A stretch of 64,000 nucleotides of DNA from an uncultured Gemmatimonadales bacterium (GCA_963730185.1 CAVSQW010000007.1:416001-480000), one strand, 5' to 3'. Positions 9,644 to 20,636 are shown, counted from the first letter of the stretch. The notes: generated by a model not told the origin, from the letters alone. Program-made: numbers and translations.

Positions 9644-10411
9644 TCAGAAGAGCCAGCCGAGCCTCATCTTCCAGACCTGCTGGTCGCCGGCCTTCGTGCC
9701 GGCGAGGCCAAGCCCGAAATTCCAGACCAGGTTGGGACGGATCTGATAGTCGCCGCCGAGGAAGAACAGGTGAGTCTGGTCGGCGGCGGGGAGCACGTTG
9801 CTGGCCGGGCCGAGGCCGCCGTAGTACTCGACGCTCAGGTCGAGCTGGTTCGAGGTCGACACGGCCACCCGCGCACCCGGTTCGAGATCCCAGCCTTCGG
9901 AGGTCCCCGGCCCGTGGAGCGCCCTCCCCACGGTGGGGTTGAGGTCGACCTGGAGGCGACCGAACCGCTTCTCGATGATCGGACGGAGCTCGAGGGTGAC
10001 CGAGTTCTCCTCGTACTGCTTCTTCGGAAAGCCCGCCTCGACGGACAGGCTCAGCCCAACCGGCAGGTGCCAGCGCTCCGGCGCGCGGATCCGGGGCCGG
10101 ATCCGGTAGCCGACGAACTCCGGACCGGCGCCGGGCCGGTCGGCGAGCACCAGGTACGCGCCGAACTCGAACTCGGGGGTGATCCCTCGGGTGAGCTCGA
10201 AGGTGAGGTGGGTCTGGTGATTGGTGGCCGCGACCGTGCCCTCGGCTTCGTGAGTGCCGCGGGCGATGTAGTTGAGGTGCGTTTCCAGGTTCCACATCCC
10301 CCGGGGGACGGTCTCGTACTCGTAGACCTGGATCTCGAAGGGGTCCTGGGCGTGGGCCACGCCGGTGAGAGCGACGACCGCCGCCAGGAGCGGACCGAGA
10401 CGAGGGATCAT
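9644..10411 (-). CDS. Putative outer-membrane beta-barrel protein
   Basis: Signal peptide ending AHA-Q, FEIQVY start, alternating beta-strand pattern, C-terminal LGWLF. Confidence 0.7.
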   Translation of the reverse strand: MIPRLGPLLAAVVALTGVAHAQDPFEIQVYEYETVPRGMWNLETHLNYIARGTHEAEGTVAATNHQTHLTFELTRGITPEFEFGAYLVLADRPGAGPEFVGYRIRPRIRAPERWHLPVGLSLSVEAGFPKKQYEENSVTLELRPIIEKRFGRLQVDLNPTVGRALHGPGTSEGWDLEPGARVAVSTSNQLDLSVEYYGGLGPASNVLPAADQTHLFFLGGDYQIRPNLVWNFGLGLAGTKAGDQQVWKMRLGWLF

Positions 10412-10548
10412 GGGCAAGAGTCTAGGGGTCGGAGCAAGGAAGGGCGATCGCAAAACGACCCGCCGGCGAGCGCCGGCGGATCATGATCGGCAAGTTGTTC
10501 GGGCGGCCCTGAGCCAGGCTCACGGCCACCCGAGTCGATCGTTCGAGG

Positions 10549-11154
10549 TCAACGAATCCCGCCCCGGATCCGACCGCCGATCGGCGGAGCCAGCCGATTG
10601 ACGGCCATCGGGCCGTGGTGGATGCCAGGCCGAGTCAGGTCGCAATCGTCGTCGGGGCCGCCCCGGCCGCCCCGGATGATCACGGTCGGCCCGCCGCGGG
10701 CCATGCCCCAGGGTTGGTGGCCGGCCATGGCGCCAACGTCGTCGCCGTCGCCGGGACGCCAGGTCGGCATCGCCGGCGCCCGCACGATGTCGGTGGCTTC
10801 GACCGCTTCGGCGGGCGCCGCCGCAGGGATCGCGGTCGGGGCCAGGAGCTCGCCGGTCGTGACCGCCGCGGTGGCCGGGCGGGTCTTGATCGCCGTCTCC
10901 AGTGAGGGGGCTGGCCGGGCGGCTTCGATCCGCTGGTCGGGGAGCCGGACCCGCGGGTACTTTGCGATGCGACCGGCCTCGAGATCGGAAACGCTCGACG
11001 GCTGGGTGACGGCCGGCTCGACCAGGCGGATGTCGCGGCCGGCGGCGTTCGGGTCGAGGTCGGGATCGTTGGCGCTGTGGGATGGGGCACTGGAACACGC
11101 CGACAGCCAGGCGGCTGTGACGACGGCGGTGGCGACGAAGAACGATGCGCGCAC
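10549..11154 (-). CDS. Hypothetical lipoprotein, low complexity
   Basis: AGGAGG before GTG 11154; lipobox LSAC; C-terminal VIIRGGRGGPDDDCD. Confidence 0.6.
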   Translation of the reverse strand: MRASFFVATAVVTAAWLSACSSAPSHSANDPDLDPNAAGRDIRLVEPAVTQPSSVSDLEAGRIAKYPRVRLPDQRIEAARPAPSLETAIKTRPATAAVTTGELLAPTAIPAAAPAEAVEATDIVRAPAMPTWRPGDGDDVGAMAGHQPWGMARGGPTVIIRGGRGGPDDDCDLTRPGIHHGPMAVNRLAPPIGGRIRGGIR

Positions 11155-11218
11155 GGAGGGCCTCCTGCGGAACCTATGCCTGACCAATCTACACCGGGCA
11201 AGAATAAAGAACAGCGCA

Positions 11219-11261
11219 GCATTTGTCACGCCACGGCGGTTCGCCTCGCAAGTCGTTGGTA
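11219..11261 (-). promoter_or_regulatory. Candidate sigma54 promoter with IHF-like site
   Basis: Minus strand TGGCGT-GACAA-ATGC (GG-N10-GC) at 11219-11233; CAA-N4-TTG at 11249-11258. Confidence 0.5.
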
Positions 11262-11335
11262 GCAAACGAAGTTGTCCGGTCGCCCCAGCCGATCGGGTGT
11301 CCTCACGGGAGTACAACCGTCATCCGGGGTGGACA

Positions 11336-11849
11336 ATGGGCAAGACTCGGCGATGGATCTGGGCGGTCTCGGGGGCGGCGGTGGTGGTGCTGGCCGGGTG
11401 CGGCTCGGCGGAGCAGGGGGCGCCGGCTCTGGGCTCCGCCGCCAACGCCGCCCTGACCGATACCCTCAAGGCCCGGATCGCCGCGGCCTACGACTTCAGC
11501 CGGCCGGGAGTGGCCGAGCGGATCGAGCTCCCTCTACCCCGACACCGGGCGGGTGATCTCGGTCAGCGGGGGCAACGTGATCACGTCGCCCGACTCGCTC
11601 CGGGCTGGGATCGCGGCCTTTTGGCGGAACACCGGGCAGAACATGCGCGAGGCCAAGTGGGTCTGGGGCGACGTCTACCTCGACCGACTCGGGCCCGACG
11701 CCGCGGTGCTCACCGGCACCTGGACCATTCCGCACATCGCCCCCACCGGGCGGCCGCACGTGCTGCGGGGTGCCTGGACCGCTCTCTTCCGCCGGATCGG
11801 CGGTCGGTGGATGATCGTTACCGAGCATCTCTCCTCTCCCCCGAGCTGA
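11336..11849 (+). CDS. NTF2-like (DUF4440/SnoaL) lipoprotein; +1 frameshift near 11524
   Basis: Lipobox LAGC; C-terminus LGPDAAVLTGTW...GAWTALFRRIGGRWMIVTEHLS in the next frame. Confidence 0.75.
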
Positions 11850-11851
11850 CG

Positions 11852-13303
11852 ATGAAACGACTCCGGGTTCTCCTGCTCGCGCTCGCCGCGCTCGCCCCCA
11901 CCCTCGCCTCGGCTCAGCAGCGCGAATCGTTCGACTACTGGCGCTTCGACCGGGAGCTGATCCAGCGCGGCGTTCAGGCCGTGCTGATGTGCAACGGCCT
12001 CTTCACCTCGCATCGGACGCTGGCGCAGGTCTTCGGGCAGGAGCTGGCCTATCTCCGGGACCCGATCGGCACCGCGGCCGGTGGCGACTACGTCGTGGAC
12101 CGGGCTCGCCGAGCGGTGGCGATCGGCGCGCCCGGCGGGCCGGTGCCGGTGATGCGGGCCGCGTTCCGGGAGGGCGTGGGGTGCGTGGTGATGGCGCCCG
12201 ACCAGACCTTCGCCGACATCGCGAGCCTTCCCGAGATCCGGATGCCGCCGCCGCCGGGCGATCCGGCCACCACCCCCTGGCCCGACGGCGACCTGATCGA
12301 GGACCGCTCGCTCCCGCCGGGGGTGGATGCAAAGGCGCTCGACGCGGCCGCGGACTGGGCCTTCCATCGCGAATCGAAGGAGCAGGTCACCCTGAGCCTG
12401 CTGGTGGTCTACCGCGGCCAGTCGATCCTGGAACGATACGCCCCGGGCGTCGACCGAGACCACCCGCACCCGGACCTGGTCCACCGCCAAGAGCATCGCG
12501 GGGACGCTGATCGGGATGCAGGTGGACGCAGGGGCGGATGGCGCTCGATCGGCCGCTCGACGTGGACTGGTTGCCCGAGGCGCCGTCGTCCGAGACCGAT
12601 CCGCGGCGGGCGGTCACCCTGCGGAGCGTGCTCAACATGTCGAGCGGCCTCTACCCGGTGGACAGCTGGGGGCTGGAGTACGCCAACGGGTCGGGGCTCT
12701 CGTACTGGGCCGGTGCCAGCTCGGCCCGAGGCGCTCGAAGCCGGGCGCTCTTTCGCGAGCCGGGCACCTACTGGGATTACGAGAACTACGAGACCCTGCT
12801 CGCGGTCTACGCGATGAAGCGGGTCCTGGGCAGCGAGCAGACCTATCACGAATATCCCCCGCCGGGCGCTCCTCGACCGGATCGGGATGCGCAACACTCT
12901 GCTGGGGATGGACCGGTTCGGCGACTTCATCCTGAGCAGCCAGGTCTACACCAACGCCCGCGACCTGGCCCGCTTCGGGCTCCTCTACCAGCAGAACGGC
13001 CTCTGGCACGGGAAGCGGCTCCTGTCGCAGGCCTGGATCGACTTCGAGCGGACGCCGGCCCCCGCCACCGCCAAGACCGGGAACTTCTACGGCGGCCAGT
13101 GGTGGTTGGTGCCCGACGACCGGACCGATCTCCCGCACGATGCCTACTCCACCGCCGGGAACCGGGGGCAGTACGTGGTGGTGGTGCCGTCGAAGGACCT
13201 GGTGATCGTCCGCCGGGGGCTCGATTACGGCCGCCAGGGCTTCGACCAGTGGGACTTGACCCGGGAGGTCGTGAAGGCCGTGTCGGGCGGACCGGAGCGC
13301 TAA
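11852..13303 (+). CDS. Secreted serine hydrolase (beta-lactamase class C family); three +1 frameshifts (about 12455, 12531, 12860)
   Basis: Signal peptide; TWSTAKS (SxxK), VLNMSSGL, WDYEN, ARDLARFG and GNRGQY are recovered across three frame changes. Confidence 0.8.
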
Positions 13304-13340
13304 GCTCCCGCCGTAACCTGGTGCCCGGTCGAACCGCCGG

Positions 13341-14585
13341 TCAGCGGGCTTCGAGTCGGCGCCAGGTAAAGCCGAACCGGTCGGCGTCGGGGTTCTGGAT
13401 CGGGCTCACCACCCCGACGTCACCGTTCGGGAGAAACAGGGCGGCAAGATACTCGCCGTCGGAGTCGCGGGTCGGATGGGGGTCGCCCGCCGCCCAGGCG
13501 TGCCAGCTTTCCGGGCGGAACGTTGGTGAGCGAAGCAGCCGGGGCTCGCCGTTGGGCGGCACCTCGATCCGGGCGGCATGGGCCACCAGGCTGTCGCCCG
13601 CCCCGGAGAACCAGGTCGCGGCCAACTCCCCCGGGCCCCCACCGATCAGGTAGGGGAAGTAGCGGGGCGCCGTTCCCTGGTCGATGGTCCACGTGGTCCA
13701 GGTCGCGCCCCGGTCGAGCGAGCGCCCAAGCTTCAGGGTCAGCCCTTCGCTCCAGAGGTAGAAAAGGGCACCGGTGCTGTCGAACGCGATCGGCTCCACC
13801 CAACGGGGGAGGTCGTCCGGGTTGCCGAGGGGATAGCCCCAGGCCCGTTGGCCGGGCGGGGTGTGCTTTTCCCAGGTCTGTCCGCCGTCGGCGCTCACCG
13901 CGATCAAGTCCACGTCGCGGTCGATCTTGTTCCCCGAGGCGGATAGGGGCACGATCCGGACGGCGATCTCGCCATGGGGGCCGACGGCCAGGTGGCTCGA
14001 GCCGCCCGCCGAGTGGATGCGGGCACCTTCCGTCCAGGTCCGGCCCCCGTCGCCGCTGGTGGCGTGCCGGGCCCCTTGGCCGTCGTTCCAGATGGCATGG
14101 GCCACCCCGTCCGAGGCGACCTCGATCCAGGGCCGGTCGTCGAAGCGGGTGGTGGAGAGCCGGGTCCAGGTCCAGCTCGCGCCGGTATCGTGGCTCACGC
14201 CGACGGCGATGTGGGTGCCTTCCAGCGTCTTCCGATCGAACCCCATGGTGATGAAGTAGAGAGTGCCGTCCGGGCCCACGGCCAAATCGACGTCGGAGTT
14301 CCCGACGGCGCCGTCCGATTCGCTGCCCACCGAGACTCGCTGCCAGGTGGCGCCCTGATCGTCGCTGCGCCAGAGCTTGGGTCCGGGTTGGCCGTAGCCG
14401 CTCACGAAGAGGGCGCCGCTCGGGTGGCGGGCCACCATGGGCTCCCGCGCGAGGGCGTCGACGTGATCGACCGAATCGACGATGGCGAGGGCGGTTGCCC
14501 CGGGTGCGGGGGTCGGGCCGCCGCAGGCGAGCAGAGCGCCGAGGCCGGCGGCCAGGAGCGCGGGCCGGATCTGGTTGGTAGGCAT
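13341..14585 (-). CDS. BNR/Asp-box repeat (sialidase-like beta-propeller) lipoprotein
   Basis: Lipobox LLAC; five SxDxGxT/SW boxes (SDDQGATW, SHDTGASW, SGDGGRTW, SADGGQTW, SLDRGATW). Confidence 0.8.
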   Translation of the reverse strand: MPTNQIRPALLAAGLGALLACGGPTPAPGATALAIVDSVDHVDALAREPMVARHPSGALFVSGYGQPGPKLWRSDDQGATWQRVSVGSESDGAVGNSDVDLAVGPDGTLYFITMGFDRKTLEGTHIAVGVSHDTGASWTWTRLSTTRFDDRPWIEVASDGVAHAIWNDGQGARHATSGDGGRTWTEGARIHSAGGSSHLAVGPHGEIAVRIVPLSASGNKIDRDVDLIAVSADGGQTWEKHTPPGQRAWGYPLGNPDDLPRWVEPIAFDSTGALFYLWSEGLTLKLGRSLDRGATWTTWTIDQGTAPRYFPYLIGGGPGELAATWFSGAGDSLVAHAARIEVPPNGEPRLLRSPTFRPESWHAWAAGDPHPTRDSDGEYLAALFLPNGDVGVVSPIQNPDADRFGFTWRRLEAR

Positions 14586-14679
14586 AGCGCGAATATACGG
14601 CCGCTCGACGGCCGCGGTATGTTTACTCCATGCTTCGCCTGGTTCCTCCCTTCCTTTCTCCCCTCTCGAACTGCGTCTC

Positions 14680-16827
14680 ATGACTCGATTCTTCTCGCGC
14701 GCGGCGCTCGGGGTCGGCGTGGCGCTCTCGCTCCTCGTTTCGTCCCCCGCCTTCGCACAGCAGTCGTTCTCCATCGGGCAGGTCACCACCTTCCCCTTTC
14801 CCACCGAGCTGGTCACCGCCCGAACCGGCCAGCGGATGGCCTGGGTCCTCGAGGACCACGGCGTCCGGAACGTGTGGGGCGCCGAGGGCCCGACCTGGCA
14901 GCCTCGGAAGCTCACCGCGTTTACCCAGGACGATGGCCAGGACCTGACCCAGCTGGCCTTCACGGCGGACGGCAACCGCCTGGTGTTCGTCCGGGGCGGC
15001 GACCACGGCTCGAACTGGCCGTCGCCGGGCGGGATCGAACCGAATCCGACCAGCGGCACGACCCGGACCCGGATCGAGGTCTGGACCGTCGCCTGGACCG
15101 GCGGAGGCAGCCGGATGCTCGCTCCGGGCGATCAGCCGGCGATCAGTCCGGGCGGCGATCGGGTGGCCTTCATCCAGGGCGGCCAGGTGTCGGTGGTACC
15201 GCTCGCGCCGGGCGGCAAGGCCAACCAGCTCTTCTTCGCCCGCGGCACCAGCGACGATCTGGCGTGGTCGCCGGACGGCAAGACGCTGGCCTTCGTGTCC
15301 CGGCGACCCGGCGGCTACAGCCTGCTCGGTCTCTACACCGGTCCCAAGGTGCCGATCCGCTGGCTGGCGCCCTTCACGGACCGGGTCAGCTCGCCGGTCT
15401 GGTCGCCGGACGGGCGGGAGATCGCCTATGTGAGCCAGCCGGGTCAGGGCGGGCCGCCCGAGACTCTGCTGGAGCAACACCCCAATCCGTGGTCGCTCGA
15501 GGTGGTGAACGTGGCGTCGGGCGAGGCCCGGACCGTGTGGTCGAGCCCGAATACCCTGCTGGGCTCGCGCCCCTACACCCAAGGCGGGGTCAACCTGGCC
15601 TGGGGTGCCGGCGGGCGGCTGGTGTTCGTCGCCAATCTCGACGGCTGGCCGCACCTCTACTCGATCGCTTCGGCCGGCGGCGATCCGTTGCTCCTGACTC
15701 CCGGCGACTTCATGGTCGAGTTCGTGACCATGTCCCCCGATGGCCGGTCCATCGTCTACAACGCCAACACCGGCCCGGACGCCTCCGACGACGATCGCCG
15801 TCACCTCTTCCGGGTGCCGGTCGACCAGGCCCATCCGGTGGAGCTGACCCGAGGCACCGATCTCGAGTGGGGGCCGAGGGTGACCGGCGACGGCCGCTTC
15901 GTGGCGCTGTTCACCAGCGGCCCGACCCGGCCGCCGTTCCCCGCCGTGCTGCCCATCGACGGGGGAACACCGAAGCTGCTCGGCCAGGACCGGCTGCCGG
16001 CCGACTTCCCGTCGACCGGTTTGGTGGTGCCCGAGAAGGTCGTGATCCCCTCGATCGACGGGACGCCGATCCACATGCAGCTCTTCCGGTCGGCCCAGGG
16101 ACCGGCCAAGCGGCCGGCGCTGGTGTACGTCCACGGTGGGCCGCCGCGCCAGATGCTCTTGGGCTTCCACTACTGGCACTACTACGCCTCCGACTACGCC
16201 GTCAATCAGTACCTCGCGAGCCGGGGCTTCGTGGTGGTCTCGGTGAACTACCGGTTGGGGATCGGCTACGGCGACCACTTCATGCAGCCGGAGCACGCGG
16301 GACCTGCCGGGGCGTCGGAATACCAGGACGTGTTGGCGGCGGAGCACTACCTGGCCGGCCGGCCCGACGTCGACGCGAGCCGGATCGGGATCTGGGGCGG
16401 CTCCTACGGCGGCTACCTGACGGCGCTCGCGCTGGCCCGGAATTCCGATCTCTTCCGGGCCGGGGTGGACCTCCACGGGGTGCACGATTGGATCGCCGAC
16501 TACGGCGACTACCTCAAGAACATGCAGCTCCGCTACGAGAAGCCGTCGGACCTGAAGCAGGCGCTCGACGTGGCGTGGCAGTCGTCGCCGGTGGCCGACA
16601 TCGGCACGTGGCGCTCGCCGGTGCTGCTGATCCACGGCGACGACGACCGGAACGTCGAGGTGAGTCAGACGGTGGACCTGGTCCAGCGGCTCCGGGCCCA
16701 GGGGGTTCAGTTCGAGGAGCTCTTGATCCCGGACGAGATCCACGACTTCCTGCGGTACGCGACCTGGCAGAAGGTCGGTCGGGCGGTGACGTCCTATCTG
16801 GAGCGGGAGCTGGGCTCGCCGAAGTGA
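14680..16827 (+). CDS. S9 family peptidase (prolyl oligopeptidase/DPP-IV-like)
   Basis: Signal peptide, WSPDG propeller repeats, VHGGP, GGSYGG nucleophile, HGDDDRNV, DEIH. Confidence 0.92.
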   Translation: MTRFFSRAALGVGVALSLLVSSPAFAQQSFSIGQVTTFPFPTELVTARTGQRMAWVLEDHGVRNVWGAEGPTWQPRKLTAFTQDDGQDLTQLAFTADGNRLVFVRGGDHGSNWPSPGGIEPNPTSGTTRTRIEVWTVAWTGGGSRMLAPGDQPAISPGGDRVAFIQGGQVSVVPLAPGGKANQLFFARGTSDDLAWSPDGKTLAFVSRRPGGYSLLGLYTGPKVPIRWLAPFTDRVSSPVWSPDGREIAYVSQPGQGGPPETLLEQHPNPWSLEVVNVASGEARTVWSSPNTLLGSRPYTQGGVNLAWGAGGRLVFVANLDGWPHLYSIASAGGDPLLLTPGDFMVEFVTMSPDGRSIVYNANTGPDASDDDRRHLFRVPVDQAHPVELTRGTDLEWGPRVTGDGRFVALFTSGPTRPPFPAVLPIDGGTPKLLGQDRLPADFPSTGLVVPEKVVIPSIDGTPIHMQLFRSAQGPAKRPALVYVHGGPPRQMLLGFHYWHYYASDYAVNQYLASRGFVVVSVNYRLGIGYGDHFMQPEHAGPAGASEYQDVLAAEHYLAGRPDVDASRIGIWGGSYGGYLTALALARNSDLFRAGVDLHGVHDWIADYGDYLKNMQLRYEKPSDLKQALDVAWQSSPVADIGTWRSPVLLIHGDDDRNVEVSQTVDLVQRLRAQGVQFEELLIPDEIHDFLRYATWQKVGRAVTSYLERELGSPK

Positions 16828-16873
16828 GGCGGATCGGGGGTGGGGCCGGCCGGCGGCCGGGCCCCACTCCGGG

Positions 16874-17584
16874 TCAGTCGAGAAGGGCCGTCAGCGGGCG
16901 AAAGCGATACCCCGCCTCCCGGGCGTCGCGAATGATGTCGGGCAGGGCCCGAGCGGTCGGGGTCCGGTCTCCGTCGGGGTCGTAGCCGTCGCCGTCGTGC
17001 AGCAGGATGATGGCGCCGGGCCGGAGCCGGTGGCGTACCCGCTGGCGGATCTCGGCGGCGTCGATCGGGTCGGAGTCCCAGACCCCGAAGGTCCAGCCGA
17101 AGGTGCGATAACCCAGCCGGCGGGTGGCTCGGCTCACGAACGGGTTCCGATATCCGTGGGGAGCCCGGAACGCCCGGGGGGCCCGACCGGTCACGTCCGC
17201 GATCGTGGCGTGGGCCCGGTCCAGCTCGCTCGCGATTCGCCGGGGCCCGCTCCAGTGCAGCTTGACGTGGGTGGTGGTGTGGTTGCCGATCAGGTGGCCC
17301 GCCTCCGTTGCCCGCCGGGCCAGGGCGGGGTGCCGCTGCACGAAGTTGCCCACCATGAAGAAGGCCGCCGGCACGCCGGCCTCCTCGAGGGCATCGAGCA
17401 CGGCCGGCGTGGCTCGTCCGTTCGGCCCGTCGTCGAACGTGAGATAGAGCTCCCGGCGGCGCGGTCCCCGTCCCACCACTGGTCCCACCAGCGAGGCGTT
17501 GGGGTAGTAGATCCCGAGCGCGGCCGCCCCGGCCGCGGTGGCCGCCCCGGCCGCGGTGGCCGCCCCCACCAACGTTCCAATCAT
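16874..17584 (-). CDS. Polysaccharide deacetylase (CE4/NodB family)
   Basis: YLTFDDGP, GNHTTTH, FRAPHG, IILLHDG; ATG overlaps the upstream stop (ATGA). Confidence 0.9.
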   Translation of the reverse strand: MIGTLVGAATAAGAATAAGAAALGIYYPNASLVGPVVGRGPRRRELYLTFDDGPNGRATPAVLDALEEAGVPAAFFMVGNFVQRHPALARRATEAGHLIGNHTTTHVKLHWSGPRRIASELDRAHATIADVTGRAPRAFRAPHGYRNPFVSRATRRLGYRTFGWTFGVWDSDPIDAAEIRQRVRHRLRPGAIILLHDGDGYDPDGDRTPTARALPDIIRDAREAGYRFRPLTALLD

Positions 17585-18702
17585 GCCGCGATCGCGGGGC
17601 GGTGGTGGGGCGAGAGGATCCGCTCGTAGACCGCGACGAGGCGGTCGGTCACCCGCGGCCAGGCATAGGGCAGGGCCGCGGCCCGGGCGGCGGTGCTCCG
17701 GGCGGACCACTGGAGCGGTTCCGCCGCCAACCGGGTGACGGCGTCCGCCCAGGCCCCGGCATCGAGCGCCGGGACGTAGCTGGCGTTCGGGCCGGCCACC
17801 TCCCGGAAGGCGGGGAGGTCGGAGACTACCGCCGGGGTCGCCGACGCGAGCGCCTCGAGCAGGGTGACTCCGAACGAGGCCCGGCGCGTGGGGCAGAGAT
17901 AGAGGTGCGCCCCCCGATAGAGCGCCGGGCGTTCCTCGCGCACGGCCCCGAGAAAGCGGACCGGCAGGCCGCGGGCCTGCCCTTCGTAGCGGCGCCGCCA
18001 GGGGCCGTCGCCGGCCACGGTCAGCTCGACCCGGGGCCATCGCGCCGCGATGGCGGGCATCGCCTCCAGGATCGTGTCCAGGCCGTTCCGTGGCTCGAGC
18101 CGACCCAGGAAGAGCAGCCGCAATGCGGCGCCGGGTTGGGGAGGGCGCCGCCGCCTGCCGGGATGGAACGCCGTGACGTCGATCCCGTTCGGGATGATCT
18201 CCCAGGGCGCCCGGAAGTAGCGGCTCATCGCCTCGATCGCGGCGCTGCTCACGGCGACCGTGGCGGCCAGGCGGTCCAGCCGGGCCTGCAACGGCCGACG
18301 GAACACCGCATAGCCGACCGACTGCGGGAACCAGGTATGGAAGGTGGCCATCGCCGGCAGGCCCAGTCGCTCGGCCACGGTGGGGGCGGCCAGGCCGAGC
18401 ACCGGGCTCAAGCCGCCGTGCACGTGCACCAGCTCGGTCCGGGTCTCGCGGAAGACCTGCGCTAGCTGATCGCCGAGGCGCCAGCCGGTGGTGATCCGGG
18501 CAACGCCGCCGTTGGCGTAGATCACCAGGCTGGTGCCCACCCGCCGCACATGGGGTGGATCGGCGCGGACGTGCCGCATCTTCGCGGTCACGATGGTCGG
18601 CTGGTGTCCCCGGGCGGCGAGCTCGAGGGCCAGGTGATGAACGTGTTCGGGCACGCCTCCCAGCTGCGGGTAGTAGTCCTCAGCGACGAGGGCGATGCGC
18701 AT
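17581..18702 (-). CDS. GT4 glycosyltransferase, PimA-like
   Basis: YYPQLGGVPEHV, ATFHT, IIPNGID, FLGRLEPRNG, SFGVTLLEALA. Confidence 0.9.
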   Translation of the reverse strand: MRIALVAEDYYPQLGGVPEHVHHLALELAARGHQPTIVTAKMRHVRADPPHVRRVGTSLVIYANGGVARITTGWRLGDQLAQVFRETRTELVHVHGGLSPVLGLAAPTVAERLGLPAMATFHTWFPQSVGYAVFRRPLQARLDRLAATVAVSSAAIEAMSRYFRAPWEIIPNGIDVTAFHPGRRRRPPQPGAALRLLFLGRLEPRNGLDTILEAMPAIAARWPRVELTVAGDGPWRRRYEGQARGLPVRFLGAVREERPALYRGAHLYLCPTRRASFGVTLLEALASATPAVVSDLPAFREVAGPNASYVPALDAGAWADAVTRLAAEPLQWSARSTAARAAALPYAWPRVTDRLVAVYERILSPHHRPAIAA

Positions 18703-19609
18703 CGGCCCCTCCAGGGTGAGCAGGGTCGTTCCCGGCCAGGGGGAGCGACGCGATCAGTCGTTCGACGGAGGCGACCACGGCGTCGGGTCGCTCCTCATGG
18801 ATGTAGTGGCCCACGCCTGGCAGCGAGTCGACGGCGAACGAGGGAAGCTCCCGGTCCATCAGGGCGACCTCGCTCGAGTCGACGCCGCCGTCGTGCGGCG
18901 CCTCGCCGACGATCAGCCGGACCGGGCAGTGGATTCGAGGGAGCTCCGGCGCCAGTGAGTCCGGCTCGTGGGAGTGACCCATGGCCTTGAAGGCGCGGAT
19001 GGTCGCGCCCAGGTCACGGGTGGCGCCGTCGGTGTAGCCCGCGACCACCGAGTCGGTGACCCAGGTCGGGTTCCCGGACGATGCCTGGAGCATGCCGCGG
19101 ATCCGGGACCGGACGAAGCCGCGCCCCAGGAGCCGGATCACCGGGGCGAGCTTCATCGCCCGGCGGAAGCCGGCCGTGGTGGCCTGCTCGGTGGGCCCGC
19201 CCTCGAGGCTCACCACCCCACGGACCAGGTTAGGATGCCGGACCGCCAGCCGGAGGGCGATCGCCCCGCCCAAGGAGTGCGCGATGACGACGGCCGGGCC
19301 GAGGCCGAGAGTGTCGAGCACGGCGGCGATCAGGTCGCTCTGGGTCGCGAGCGAGTAGTCGCCGTGGCTCGGTCGCGAGGAATAGCCGACGCCCAGGGGC
19401 TCGATGATCACCGCCCGGAACCCGGCGGCCTGAAGCAGCGGGACCACCCGGCGAAAGCCGAACGCGGAGCCGAAGAGACCCGGGATCAGCACCACGGCGG
19501 GGCCGGTGCCGACGCTCACCACGTGCAGGGTGTCGGGTGGGTCGGGCGCGGTCGACGACGCCAGGGTCGGCTGGATCAGGGCCAGCGCCAGCAGCGCGGC
19601 CCGAATCAT
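18680..19609 (-). CDS. Exported alpha/beta hydrolase
   Basis: Signal peptide, AHSLGG nucleophile, [15 protein letters not shown] overlap with the upstream gene. Confidence 0.85.
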   Translation of the reverse strand: MIRAALLALALIQPTLASSTAPDPPDTLHVVSVGTGPAVVLIPGLFGSAFGFRRVVPLLQAAGFRAVIIEPLGVGYSSRPSHGDYSLATQSDLIAAVLDTLGLGPAVVIAHSLGGAIALRLAVRHPNLVRGVVSLEGGPTEQATTAGFRRAMKLAPVIRLLGRGFVRSRIRGMLQASSGNPTWVTDSVVAGYTDGATRDLGATIRAFKAMGHSHEPDSLAPELPRIHCPVRLIVGEAPHDGGVDSSEVALMDRELPSFAVDSLPGVGHYIHEERPDAVVASVERLIASLPLAGNDPAHPGGADAHRPRR

Positions 19610-20235
19610 CGCGCCACCTCGGCCCGGCGCTCGGCTGCCTCGAGCGCGGCCGCTCGCGAGGCGACGGTGTCGAAGTCGCCGTCCAGTCCGTCCATCCGGT
19701 GCTGGAACTGGATGTCGGCCCGGAGCAGGCCGAGCACGTAGGCGGTGAGGTTGACCCAGAAGACGATGGCAAAGAGCGTGGCGAAGGGCCACCAGAGTCC
19801 GAAGTAGAGGACCACCCGCTTGGCGCCGAGGTCGATCCGGGAGCGGTCCACCACGGTGGTGAGGAGGAGGATCGCAACCAGGGCCAGGGCGATGAGCTTG
19901 ACCGGCGCGAGCCCGGCGACGGCGCAGCCGGCGAAGATCACCGCCTCGCTGGCCCGGTCCAGGCGGGTGTCGAGCCGGTGACCCTCCGGACTCGCCAGCC
20001 CGAACTCCCGGGCAATGCCGCCGTCGAGCCCGTCCAGTAGCTGGCCGAGCGCCATCAATCCGAGGCCGAGGTCGAGGCGGCCGAGCGCGATCGCGCCGCC
20101 GGCCAGGACACTGGCCCCGAACGCCGCCCAGGACACCTGGCCGGGCGAGAGCCCGAGCCGGACATGGAGGAGGTTGAAGAGCGGGCGTTGGGCCCGGTCT
20201 ACGACCGACTGAAGAACAGGAAGAGATTCGAGCAT
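19606..20235 (-). CDS. CDP-alcohol phosphatidyltransferase (short)
   Basis: DGLDGGIAR...GHRLDTRLD signature; TM helices. Confidence 0.88.
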   Translation of the reverse strand: MLESLPVLQSVVDRAQRPLFNLLHVRLGLSPGQVSWAAFGASVLAGGAIALGRLDLGLGLMALGQLLDGLDGGIAREFGLASPEGHRLDTRLDRASEAVIFAGCAVAGLAPVKLIALALVAILLLTTVVDRSRIDLGAKRVVLYFGLWWPFATLFAIVFWVNLTAYVLGLLRADIQFQHRMDGLDGDFDTVASRAAALEAAERRAEVAR

Positions 20236-20636
20236 AGGAGGATCGCCGCGAGGACGCCTTCCTTGGCCCCGTCAGGCAGGACACTGATCCAGCCGCGGGT
20301 CACGTGAGTGGAGTATGGGTACCAGGGCATCTTCTCATAGCGGACGGCGTAGTCCATCGCGAGGTGGATTGCGAAGAAGATGGCCGGCACCAGGGTGCCG
20401 ATCATGAGGCAGATCGGGAGGATCCAGAGCAAGGCCACCGGCTCCTGCAAGGAGGAGCGCCAGTAGTAGCCGCGCTTGTCGCGGAGTCCCACGGCCTTGA
20501 GGTAGAACGGTGCCTTGATGACGTGATCGATGTCGACCCCGACCCCGAACCCATAGGCGAGCACGGCGTCGGTGCCGTGGAGGCCGAGGATCTTGACGCC
20601 GAGGGTGGTGGCCAGGACGTGAGTGAAGATCGTCAT
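20199..20636 (-). CDS. Membrane-bound metal-dependent hydrolase-like protein (YdjM/DUF457-like)
   Basis: TH near the N-terminus, GVDIDH, HLAMD; hydrophobic; ATGA-coupled. Confidence 0.6.
   Translation of the reverse strand: MTIFTHVLATTLGVKILGLHGTDAVLAYGFGVGVDIDHVIKAPFYLKAVGLRDKRGYYWRSSLQEPVALLWILPICLMIGTLVPAIFFAIHLAMDYAVRYEKMPWYPYSTHVTRGWISVLPDGAKEGVLAAILLCSNLFLFFSRS

Noticed and set aside
17521..17566. 18-bp tandem repeat in the deacetylase 5' end
   Set aside because: Only about 2.5 in-frame copies encoding an Ala-rich leader (AATAAG); not a CRISPR array or phase-variable tract.
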